From: a virus
Virus record (IMG/VR): IMGVR_UViG_3300030108_005626
Span: 3,304-67,303 of that record
Reading direction: 5' to 3' (one strand)
Length of the DNA: 64,000 bases
Shown: positions 1 through 8,475 of the stretch, in pieces
Layout of the letters: each line of letters starts with the position of its first letter
Position numbering within the stretch: the stretch's first letter is position 1
The notes under the pieces: model-generated
Told to the model about the DNA's origin: nothing
The model's database searches: none
What the model saw: only the letters and a program-made list of their open reading frames with translations
Position numbers and translations under genes: made by a program

Positions 1-779
1 CTATTTTACCGGGAAAATTTAAACCTGCTCACAGGGGTCATCTAGACATGATCAAACACTATTCTAAAATTGCTGATAGAGTCGTTGTTTTGGTTAGTCC
101 AAAACCGAGAGATGGGGTTACAGCCAAAACTGCTGAAGTGATTTTGAATCTTTATTTAGATGACGCTAACCTTACTAACGTTGATGTTGAAATTCCAGAC
201 GCTCCTTCACCCGTGGGTGCCGCAATGAACTATGGAAAAAGACCGGAGATGAAAGGAACAAAAATTATTCTTGGCGCCTCAACAAAAGATGGTGATGCTG
301 CTGAACGTTTCGCTGGTAACGTTCAAAAGTATGCTGAAGACGCGGAAGTTCTAAATCCTCTCGACTATGCTTTCAAACCTGTAGGTGAAGTTTTACATGC
401 TAGTAAATTTAGAGATGCCATAGCAGATGGTAGTGATATTGATAAATATTTACCAGATACATCAAAAGATAGAGTAGATTACATAGTGGATATGGTAAAG
501 AAGGAACTTAAGTTAGAACCAAAAACAACCCAAAAGGAGGCAAACGACCCATTCTTGGGTATCTTTCGTGGGTTAGTTGATGAAATAATGTTAGAAGAAG
601 AAGAATTAGAAGAAATGTCTATGATGTCTGGTCCAGCACCAGCAGTGCATGGATATGCTCTACCTTTAGGCGCAAAACCTAAACGATTCAAAAAGAAAAA
701 AAACAAGAAACGTAAAAAAGTTTCTGAAAATGAAGTTAATGAGGCGTTAAACTATTTATTACAGAAACTTGGAGTTTAA
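1..779 (+). CDS. Cytidylyltransferase-family (HxGH) protein, 5'-truncated by the window edge, with an acidic then basic C-terminal tail
   Basis: The frame is open from base 3 and reads ILPGKFKPAHRGHLDM (nucleotidyltransferase HxGH motif) upstream of the listed ATG at 48. It also has a C-terminal LHASKFR motif resembling SAS/T-x-x-R. Confidence 0.8.
   Translation, partial: ILPGKFKPAHRGHLDMIKHYSKIADRVVVLVSPKPRDGVTAKTAEVILNLYLDDANLTNVDVEIPDAPSPVGAAMNYGKRPEMKGTKIILGASTKDGDAAERFAGNVQKYAEDAEVLNPLDYAFKPVGEVLHASKFRDAIADGSDIDKYLPDTSKDRVDYIVDMVKKELKLEPKTTQKEANDPFLGIFRGLVDEIMLEEEELEEMSMMSGPAPAVHGYALPLGAKPKRFKKKKNKKRKKVSENEVNEALNYLLQKLGV
751..759 (+). promoter_or_regulatory. Putative phage late promoter motif ACTATTTAT
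   Basis: Lies 25 nt upstream of ATG 784. The same motif precedes other genes at 3600, 36809 and 58472. Confidence 0.55.
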
Positions 780-783
780 TTTA

Positions 784-1506
784 ATGATTGATCGCGATGA
801 ATTTTTAAAAGAACTAAAAGAAGAAAAGCGACTTCGCAAAGCAGTTCGCAGTCTTCTAGAAAATTATCTTGCTGAAAAGAAAGAAAAAGTAATGCTTGAA
901 GAAAATAGACTTCGCGGCGTCATTCGTTCTTTAATACAAGAGGTAAGCGCTGACGTGCCAGATGAACAACCTCAAAGAGCGACGGGGATAAACGTTCTAG
1001 AGGACACTTTAAAAGTTATCATTCCAATTGTTGAGGATGCTTACAAAGGACTCACAACTTCTAAGTCTCAAAGAGATTCTTTTAGAGCACACATTCTTAA
1101 TGCTGTGGAAAACTCTTTGGCACCAGTTGATCTTACAGCAGGCGCTGGAGAAAGTCAAGAAGAAAATGAACTCGAAGAAGAGGTAACGCTAGATATTGAT
1201 GTAGAGGATGATAAATTCATTCCAGTTCGCGATCAAGATATGCCAGAAGATCCAGTTGAACCTCAAGAACCAGAATCATTCCAAGATTTGCAGGGTATGA
1301 ATATAACCGGTCGTAATTTTGCCTCAACTACTTTTAATAAAGTTGAAAATCAAATTCAAGATGCTTATGAAAGTCTTGCTGATGAAGAAGATAGGAAACT
1401 TTACAAAGAATATATGCTAACTAATCTTAAACTTTACTTCGATAGATTTGAAGAAGAGTTGCAACCAACACTACCAGAACCAGAATCACCAGATTATAAT
1501 AAATAA
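784..1506 (+). CDS. Hypothetical acidic protein, possibly an internal head protein
   Basis: Long ORF with GGAG at 771 before ATG 784. Very Glu-rich, with L/I-x-E motifs. Confidence 0.6.
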   Translation: MIDRDEFLKELKEEKRLRKAVRSLLENYLAEKKEKVMLEENRLRGVIRSLIQEVSADVPDEQPQRATGINVLEDTLKVIIPIVEDAYKGLTTSKSQRDSFRAHILNAVENSLAPVDLTAGAGESQEENELEEEVTLDIDVEDDKFIPVRDQDMPEDPVEPQEPESFQDLQGMNITGRNFASTTFNKVENQIQDAYESLADEEDRKLYKEYMLTNLKLYFDRFEEELQPTLPEPESPDYNK

Positions 1507-1548
1507 TATAAATTAAATTATATCATTACTTATATTATTATTTAATCT

Positions 1549-1926
1549 ATGTCATGGAAAAATAAAAAAAAGAAAAATACTGTTGCAAAATATTCAAAAT
1601 ATAGTATAATAAATAAATTAAAATCTGAAAATAAAATTACAGATGATATATTAAATAATATTAATAATATATCTTTAGAAGATTTAATAGCAATAAAGTT
1701 AGAATTATCAACCAGATATCTTTGTGGTAAGTTTTATGGTATACCTATCTGGAGACTGACTCGTCATGCAGTTACAGATGCCTTATTAAAAACAGCATTG
1801 AGTATTGCAAGAACAAAAAAAGAAGCAGCTAGGTTTTTAGGGGTTGACTATATGGAATTTAATCGTTATATTAAAAAGTATAATACTATTTCATTTTTTG
1901 AAGAAGAAGTAAAAGAGGAAGTATGA
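1549..1926 (+). CDS. Fis-like helix-turn-helix DNA-binding protein
   Basis: C-terminal ALSIARTKKEAARFLGVDYMEFNRYIKKY matches the Fis/NtrC HTH pattern (AL...xxxAAxxLGI...). Confidence 0.7.
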   Translation: MSWKNKKKKNTVAKYSKYSIINKLKSENKITDDILNNINNISLEDLIAIKLELSTRYLCGKFYGIPIWRLTRHAVTDALLKTALSIARTKKEAARFLGVDYMEFNRYIKKYNTISFFEEEVKEEV

Positions 1927-2153
1927 ATAACAAATTATTTAATGCAGCAAAAATAAAATATGAAGCAAAAGCAGAAGAGGCAAGAGCAATGTTAGATATG
2001 CTATTCACTCAGACTGTTATGGTTGGAGAACATACTGATATCTTAAAAGAAGTTGATAAATGGACTACAATACTAGCAGAAGCATTGGATTGTGCTGACG
2101 CATTAGATGATTTTGCAATGCATCGAAGAGAAGAGGGGTCGCAAACCCCTTAG
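1923..2153 (+). CDS. Hypothetical small helical protein
   Basis: ATGA overlap with the upstream gene; 76-aa ORF. Confidence 0.6.
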   Translation: MNNKLFNAAKIKYEAKAEEARAMLDMLFTQTVMVGEHTDILKEVDKWTTILAEALDCADALDDFAMHRREEGSQTP

Positions 2154-2161
2154 AAGGAGGT

Positions 2162-2374
2162 TTGAAAATGTCGACAACAAGATTCACTTTAGATGGAAAT
2201 GGAAGAAGAGCATATATTGGTTCACCAGTCTATTATAAAAATAAAGTTTGGTTGTTAGAAGATATTCAATATCTCCAATGGAATTCAGAGCAATACCTAA
2301 CCCTACAAGATCCAAAAAATAAAAATAAAAAAGTTGAGTTTGTAAAAGCAAGTTTAATATCGGCAGTTGATTAA
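2162..2374 (+). CDS. Hypothetical small beta-rich protein
   Basis: Strong SD AAGGAGG at 2154-2160; start is TTG 2162 or ATG 2168. Confidence 0.65.
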   Translation: MKMSTTRFTLDGNGRRAYIGSPVYYKNKVWLLEDIQYLQWNSEQYLTLQDPKNKNKKVEFVKASLISAVD

Positions 2375-2757
2375 TGGCATCTAAATATGGCAAAAAAAGA
2401 AAGCAACGAAGTTTTGAAAAAGAGCATTGGTATGTAACCAATGTTGATCATGTTAGTTTAAAGATTCAAATGACAACTGGAAGATTATTAATAACAGTTG
2501 TTCATGACAAAACAGACTATTCATTTACTTTACCTGATACAACTTGTTCGATAGCAAAAAATAGAAAAGAAATTGATAACAAGGTAGCGCTCTACTTTCA
2601 GACGTTTTTTCAAGTAGACGAATTTAGTTTTATGCAAATTCACACTGATGAAGAAAATTATACGGATTATATGAATTTGTATACAGACCTAATTTGGATT
2701 AAAAACAAACTAGGTCTGACCATTTGGAATAGAAAAAAGTTTACTTATAAATATTAA
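2374..2757 (+). CDS. Hypothetical protein
   Basis: TAATG coupling to the upstream ORF; 127 aa. Confidence 0.6.
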   Translation: MASKYGKKRKQRSFEKEHWYVTNVDHVSLKIQMTTGRLLITVVHDKTDYSFTLPDTTCSIAKNRKEIDNKVALYFQTFFQVDEFSFMQIHTDEENYTDYMNLYTDLIWIKNKLGLTIWNRKKFTYKY

Positions 2758-3509
2758 TTATCATTACACTCGTCTGGAATGCAGACCCATTCTGCTAGTT
2801 CAGCTTTAGATAAACCACTTCTAATAAATTCCATGAGTTTTTCATAAGGTGAAGAAATAGCAATATTTCTAAACTTTACTAAAACAGAGTGAACCATTCC
2901 TACTAACTCACCTTTAGAATTAAGAATCATAGACCCAGAAGAACCAAAAGTAGCAGCAAGAGAATATACGTCTTGTCCGTTTTCCTCACCAGCATACCTG
3001 CCTTCAAATACCGGCACCATGTCATAATCAAACATACCCAAAGGAGCAGCTATGTTATAAACCTTTTCGCCTCTTTTCGGAGGTTTCATTGCCAGAGGTA
3101 TAACTTCAACTCCCTCAGTTAAACCCTCTGCAAAAAGTAAACAAGCATCAATTGATTGATCTTTTTTTAGAACAACTGCATCATATCTTTTTAATGATAG
3201 TGTTGAAACTTTCATGTGAATAGTTTGCTCGACTGACTCTAACAAACCTTTTTCGCCATCACAAACATGCGCGGCAGTGACTATATATGCGCCTTTGTCG
3301 GAAAGTCTAACGACATAACCAGAACCTGAAGATCTTAAATCCATTGTCGCGCATTTACCTTCACCAAAACATCTTTTTAATTGAACTGTTTTGCTAATAA
3401 ACGCAAATCCTTCTCTTGGAAAATCATTTTTTACACTTGAATTCATCGTGCCGCAAGAGAAAGTAAACAGCATAACGAACGCGAGGGCACTAACCATAAC
3501 CCTACTCAT
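2754..3509 (-). CDS. Trypsin-like (S1) serine protease with a probable lipoprotein signal
   Basis: Catalytic motifs TAAH, D and GSSGS are present. GGAGGA SD lies 7 nt before ATG 3509 (preferred over 3548). A hydrophobic N-terminus ends in FTFSC (lipobox-like). Confidence 0.85.
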   Translation of the reverse strand: MSRVMVSALAFVMLFTFSCGTMNSSVKNDFPREGFAFISKTVQLKRCFGEGKCATMDLRSSGSGYVVRLSDKGAYIVTAAHVCDGEKGLLESVEQTIHMKVSTLSLKRYDAVVLKKDQSIDACLLFAEGLTEGVEVIPLAMKPPKRGEKVYNIAAPLGMFDYDMVPVFEGRYAGEENGQDVYSLAATFGSSGSMILNSKGELVGMVHSVLVKFRNIAISSPYEKLMEFIRSGLSKAELAEWVCIPDECNDN

Positions 3510-3599
3510 TTTTTTATCCTCCGATGTCTCTGAGATTTTTACTCTCATATAAATAAATAAGGGTGCCGCATTGCTTTTTACTTTTTTATAAACAAAAAG

Positions 3600-3609
3600 A
3601 CTATTTATA
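3600..3609 (+). promoter_or_regulatory. Putative late promoter ACTATTTATA upstream of phoH
   Basis: Intergenic copy of the recurring motif. Confidence 0.5.
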
Positions 3610-3689
3610 ATGACTGCTTCTTTAATTCAAATTAACTCTAAATGAGTGTTTTAATAAAGAAGATTGAGTGTTTAACAAAGTGAGTTAAC

Positions 3690-5003
3690 ATGGCTAAAAA
3701 AATTTATATTCTTGATACAAGCGTTTGTTTGACAGACGCTAATTGTATTCGATCTTATGGTAATAACGATATTGTCCTCCCCCTTAAAGTTCTTGAAGAA
3801 ATAGACAACAACAAAAAAAGACAAGACGGCGCAGGAACAAATGCTAGAATGCTTATTCGCGATCTTGATGCGCTTCGTGAAAAAGGTAGTTTGTCTAAAG
3901 GAGTGAGAATTGATAAAGGTAAAGGTGTTATATGCGTGAAGATGGTTAAACGAGAGGGTATACCAGATGATTTAGATCTTTCTGTCCCTGATAATGAGAT
4001 CATTAGCGTTGCGTTAAACCAAAAAAATGAAAACCCAAAAAGAAAAGTAATCGTGGTCACACGAGACATTAACATGCGTGTTAAATGCGATTCTCTGGGT
4101 CTTCCGACTGAGGATTATAATTCAGATCAAGTTATAAAAGATACAGATAATATATACACTGGTTTTGTCGAACACTTGGTTGATGAACCTGTCCTTGATA
4201 GGTTTTACAATGGAGAAGAAGTCTACATTGATGAAGAGGAATTAGAATTAAATCCAAATCAGTTTTTAATGCTGATATCGAATCAAAATGAAAAAAAGAC
4301 TGCTCTCGGAAAGTTTGAATCTTATGAGAAACCCCTGAAGTTGATCAACCCCGGTAATAAAAAAAGACTTTGGGGTTTGAAATCTAGAAACAAAGAGCAA
4401 ATTTTTGCCATGGATTTATTAGAAGATAAAAAAATAAATGTTGTCACACTAGTGGGTAAGGCCGGTTGCGGTAAAACATTAATGGCAATCGCTGCCGGTC
4501 TTAGTCAAGTTGTAGAAAAAGAAACGTATAGTCGTTTAGTTGTATCTAGACCCATTCAACCAATGGGTAGAGATATTGGTTTCTTACCAGGAACTATGGA
4601 AGAAAAAATGTCTCCTTGGGTTGCTCCTATTCGTGATAATTTAGAATATCTAATGGCAAACGACAAAGCAACGTTAGAGACATATCTAGACCGTGGAAAA
4701 ATAGAGGTGGAAGCGCTAACTTATATAAGAGGTAGGTCAATTGCCAATGCTTTTATTATTATAGATGAAGCACAAAACCTTACTGCTCATGAACTTAAAA
4801 CCATTCTCACTCGCGTTGGCGAGGGTACAAAAATAGTTTTGACCGGAGATATTGAGCAAATTGATAATGTATATTTAGATGAAACCTCTAACGGACTAAC
4901 TCACGCAGTTGAAAAATTTAAAACTTTTGAAATTTCTGGGCACGTAACGCTTAGAAAGGGTGAACGTTCTAAAGTTGCAACAATAGCGTCTAAAATACTT
5001 TAA
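3690..5003 (+). CDS. phoH: PhoH-family ATPase with N-terminal PIN domain (PhoH2/YlaK type)
   Basis: PIN motifs ILDTSV, VLEEID, DNEII, TRDINMR. PhoH motifs GKAGCGKT, GFLPG, YIRGRS, IIDEAQN, GDIEQID. Confidence 0.95.
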   Translation: MAKKIYILDTSVCLTDANCIRSYGNNDIVLPLKVLEEIDNNKKRQDGAGTNARMLIRDLDALREKGSLSKGVRIDKGKGVICVKMVKREGIPDDLDLSVPDNEIISVALNQKNENPKRKVIVVTRDINMRVKCDSLGLPTEDYNSDQVIKDTDNIYTGFVEHLVDEPVLDRFYNGEEVYIDEEELELNPNQFLMLISNQNEKKTALGKFESYEKPLKLINPGNKKRLWGLKSRNKEQIFAMDLLEDKKINVVTLVGKAGCGKTLMAIAAGLSQVVEKETYSRLVVSRPIQPMGRDIGFLPGTMEEKMSPWVAPIRDNLEYLMANDKATLETYLDRGKIEVEALTYIRGRSIANAFIIIDEAQNLTAHELKTILTRVGEGTKIVLTGDIEQIDNVYLDETSNGLTHAVEKFKTFEISGHVTLRKGERSKVATIASKIL

Positions 5004-5045
5004 ACTATGTCAAATATCTGATATATTTACCAAAAGGAGAGTGTT

Positions 5046-5294
5046 ATGAGTACACAAATCGAAAATACAGATTTATTTGAACCGGTGCAACCGGTAAATG
5101 AAATGAAAAAATGGCTTGTTGGTTATGTTGGCAATAAATTAAATCCTGAAAATGATGAGGTTAATGTTGAGATGATTATACAGGTAATGGCGGAGGAGTT
5201 TCCAGAGTTTTTAATGCCTTTGGCAGAAGAAAATTTTATTCGAGGGTATCGTCAAGCTCTGGCAGATGTAGATTCAGGTGAAATACAAAAGTGA
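5046..5294 (+). CDS. Hypothetical protein
   Basis: AGGAG SD; 82 aa. Confidence 0.65.
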   Translation: MSTQIENTDLFEPVQPVNEMKKWLVGYVGNKLNPENDEVNVEMIIQVMAEEFPEFLMPLAEENFIRGYRQALADVDSGEIQK

Positions 5295-5959
5295 AAGAAT
5301 ACATAATAGAGGGCATGAAAAAATCACAAAAAAAACTAAAACAATATAAAATTTATGGAAAACCTTTTATTTTTTCTAAAAATTTTGAAAACGATATAAA
5401 TTTAGATTACGTAAAAAATAAAATTGAGACTTTGATACCAGAGTATTTTTTAGATAATGTAGATGGTTTTTTTGTCGGTTATGTTAAGGAATTTTTTAAA
5501 GATGGCAGAGAGTATAACGCGATGTTCAAAGACGGCGCAATATATCTATCTCCAGATCAAGATGACAATAGAGATCTACTAGACGACATTTTGCACGAAA
5601 TTGCACACGCAGTTGAAGAAAAACACGAAGATAAAATATATGGTGATGGTCGCCTTGAGCGTGAATTTTTGGCGAAGCGGAAACATCTATATTATCTTTT
5701 AGGTGATAAAGAATATGATATAGATGATTATGACAATCCAAAGTATGATTATAAATTTGATCAGCATTTGTATAAAAATATTGGTTATGACAAACTAAGA
5801 GGTGTTTCTGCGGAATTATTTTATTCACCATATGCCATCACTGCTTTGAGAGAATATTGGGCAAACGGATTTGAAAACTACTTATTAGGAAGTAGAGGAA
5901 AATTAAAAGAAATTAGTCCAGTGCTTTATCAAAAAGTAGATTCTTTTTTTGACTTTTAA
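5291..5959 (+). CDS. Zincin-like HEXXH metallopeptidase
   Basis: LHEIAHAVE followed downstream by YAITALREYWA (candidate third ligand Glu). Confidence 0.7.
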   Translation: MKEYIIEGMKKSQKKLKQYKIYGKPFIFSKNFENDINLDYVKNKIETLIPEYFLDNVDGFFVGYVKEFFKDGREYNAMFKDGAIYLSPDQDDNRDLLDDILHEIAHAVEEKHEDKIYGDGRLEREFLAKRKHLYYLLGDKEYDIDDYDNPKYDYKFDQHLYKNIGYDKLRGVSAELFYSPYAITALREYWANGFENYLLGSRGKLKEISPVLYQKVDSFFDF

Positions 5960-5978
5960 AACTTAGGAGAATTTTATT

Positions 5979-6392
5979 GTGGATATATCAATTGATAAAA
6001 GAAAAGAGGATAATGAAAAAGTTTATTTCTTTGTAAGCGCTGAAATAGGCACACAAAGATCAAGATCGGTTTCTTTCAAGACGAGCGGTATAGTTTTTTC
6101 GTCTGATGATATCATAAATGTAATAAAACACACTAATGATTTAGAAAATTTAGAATTTTTACCAAATGAAAGTATTAGTAATCTCAAATTGAACAATCAT
6201 AAAGGTGTTTGCGTTTTTCGAAAGAAAAACGTTGACAGTTTAATAAATAATGTTATAATAAGCGATGAAAAGATTGAAGTTGAGTCTCCGAACCGGAGAC
6301 AAAAGAAAGATACTTCGTTGCCCAATGGTCTTAAAAAAATCACAAAGACCAAAAGAAAAAGGGCGACAAAAAAGAAAACAACAGAGGAATAA
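5979..6392 (+). CDS. Hypothetical protein with Lys-rich C-terminus
   Basis: AGGAG SD with GTG start. Confidence 0.55.
   Translation: MDISIDKRKEDNEKVYFFVSAEIGTQRSRSVSFKTSGIVFSSDDIINVIKHTNDLENLEFLPNESISNLKLNNHKGVCVFRKKNVDSLINNVIISDEKIEVESPNRRQKKDTSLPNGLKKITKTKRKRATKKKTTEE
6232..6259 (+). promoter_or_regulatory. Sigma70-type promoter upstream of the nuclease/glycosylation operon
   Basis: TTGACA (6232)-16 nt-TATAAT (6254) with extended -10 TG at 6251. Confidence 0.6.
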
Positions 6393-7199
6393 ATGTCTCA
6401 CATATCCTACTCCGAACTTAAAGAGTGGACGACTTGCCCTTGGAAACATAAATTAAATTACATTGACAAAATTAAACAGTTCAAGGGAAACGAACATACT
6501 GCTTTTGGTTCTGCATTACACACTGTTTGTGAAGTTATAGTAGAAAATTATGATGAAAATAAAGAGTCTACAAATCTTGAGCAATTATTTGAAACAGAGT
6601 TTTTACAGAATTTACAAAAAATAAAAACTCTAGATTCTAAAATAGAATATTCTGCAGAACTTTTAAACTCCATGCGTCGACAAGGCAAGCATTTAATACA
6701 GTTTATCCTACCTGCTCTAAAAAAATATTTTGGTAATTTTGAAATGGTTTCTGTTGAGGAACAAATATATCAAAATATTGAAAACGAAAAAATTGATAAA
6801 AAATTTAAAGGTTTTATTGACCTTGTTATCTACACTCCTGATACAAAAAAATACCATATCATTGATTGGAAAACTTGTTCTTGGGGTTGGGACAGCAGAA
6901 AAAAAACTGATAAGATGATAACCTATCAATTAAGTCTATATAAACATTTCTGGGCGAAAAAGCACGATAAAAATATTAAAGATATTACAACTCATTTTGC
7001 CTTACTAAAAAGAACGGCAAATAAAAATAACGTAGAAATATTCAAAGTGACAAATGGTGAAAAGAAAATCGGTAATGCTCTTAAACTATTAAACAAAGCG
7101 GTGTATAATATCAATAAATGTAACTACGTCAAAAACAGACTTTCCTGCTACGGTAAATATGGCGTGTGTGAATATTATAAAACAAAACACTGTTCGTGA
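6393..7199 (+). CDS. PD-(D/E)XK nuclease, Cas4/AddB-like with a predicted Fe-S cluster
   Basis: ISYSEL..CP, G...H, GFIDLV, IIDWKT and QLSLY motifs. One N-terminal Cys plus C-terminal CxxxxxxC...C. Confidence 0.85.
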   Translation: MSHISYSELKEWTTCPWKHKLNYIDKIKQFKGNEHTAFGSALHTVCEVIVENYDENKESTNLEQLFETEFLQNLQKIKTLDSKIEYSAELLNSMRRQGKHLIQFILPALKKYFGNFEMVSVEEQIYQNIENEKIDKKFKGFIDLVIYTPDTKKYHIIDWKTCSWGWDSRKKTDKMITYQLSLYKHFWAKKHDKNIKDITTHFALLKRTANKNNVEIFKVTNGEKKIGNALKLLNKAVYNINKCNYVKNRLSCYGKYGVCEYYKTKHCS

Positions 7200-7206
7200 G
7201 GTTTAA

Positions 7207-8475
7207 ATGAGTAAAAAAATAAAAGTCTTGACCCTTAGCGACATGCCGCTTAGTCCAAGCGGTGTAGGCACTCAAACTAGATATATTTGTGAGGCATTAC
7301 TTAAAACAGGTAAGTTCCAGATCCGTTCTTTTGGTGGAGCTATTAAGCACCCTAAGTATGATCCAATAAAAACAGAGCAATATGGAGATGATTGGATTAT
7401 GTATCCTGTTGATGGATACGGTAATAAAGAAATGGTGAGATCCATTGTTAGACAAGAAAAACCAGACATTATGTGGTTCATGACAGATCCACGTTTCTGG
7501 GGTTGGTTGTGGGAAATGGAAAATGAGATTAGACCTTTAATGCCTATGGTTTACTATCATGTTTGGGATAACTATCCATATCCAACTTTTAATAAAACGT
7601 TTTATGAATCTAATGACTTTATTGCAACAATCTCAAAAGTAACAGACGACATTGTAAAAACAGTTGCCCCTAGTGTGAAATCTCAATATATCCCACATGC
7701 TGTAAATGCAGATATATTTAAACCATGTGAATATGATGAACTAGTGGAAGAATTCAAGAAATCAACTTTCGGTGAATTTTACGATCCTGATAAGTTTATA
7801 TTTTTCTGGAACAATAGAAACGCAAGAAGAAAACAATCTGGGTCCTTAATTTTTTGGTTTAATGAATTTTTAGACCGAGTTGGTCGTGATAAAGCATGTT
7901 TAATAATGCACACTGAGGTTAAAGATCCAAATGGTCAAGATCTGCAACAAATTATAAATCACTTAAATTTGACAAACGGAGAAGTTTTGTTTAGTCAAGA
8001 AAAAGTAGACTTGCGGAAATTATCTCTAATGTATAACATGGCAGACTGCACAATAAATATTTCAGATGCAGAGGGTTTTGGTCTTGCCACTCTAGAGTCT
8101 CTTTCGTGTGGAACCCCAATAATTGTAAATATGACTGGAGGTTTACAAGAACAAATTGTAGATGGAGATGAAAAGTTTGGAATCCCTCTATATCCAGCAT
8201 CAAAAGCAATTATTGGATCTCAGACAATTCCATGGATTTATGAAGACAGATTAAATGAAGAAGATGTTATCAATGCGCTTGAAGAAATTTTTAACATGAC
8301 AGAAGATGATCGTAAAAAAATGGGAGAGCGCGGCAGGCAACATGTTATGAAAAATTATAATTTTGAAAACTTTAATAAAACATGGGTAGATGTTATGACT
8401 AATTTACATGAAGAGCAGGGATCGTGGGATACTAGAAAATACAACAATAGATGGACTCTAAAGGAGGTGTGCTAA
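7207..8475 (+). CDS. GT-B glycosyltransferase (GT4-like)
   Basis: SGVG N-terminal loop, NRNARRK and EGFGLATLE motifs. Confidence 0.9.
   Translation: MSKKIKVLTLSDMPLSPSGVGTQTRYICEALLKTGKFQIRSFGGAIKHPKYDPIKTEQYGDDWIMYPVDGYGNKEMVRSIVRQEKPDIMWFMTDPRFWGWLWEMENEIRPLMPMVYYHVWDNYPYPTFNKTFYESNDFIATISKVTDDIVKTVAPSVKSQYIPHAVNADIFKPCEYDELVEEFKKSTFGEFYDPDKFIFFWNNRNARRKQSGSLIFWFNEFLDRVGRDKACLIMHTEVKDPNGQDLQQIINHLNLTNGEVLFSQEKVDLRKLSLMYNMADCTINISDAEGFGLATLESLSCGTPIIVNMTGGLQEQIVDGDEKFGIPLYPASKAIIGSQTIPWIYEDRLNEEDVINALEEIFNMTEDDRKKMGERGRQHVMKNYNFENFNKTWVDVMTNLHEEQGSWDTRKYNNRWTLKEVC

Noticed and set aside
6393-7199. CRISPR-Cas locus
   Set aside because: No repeat-spacer array and no other cas genes were seen.
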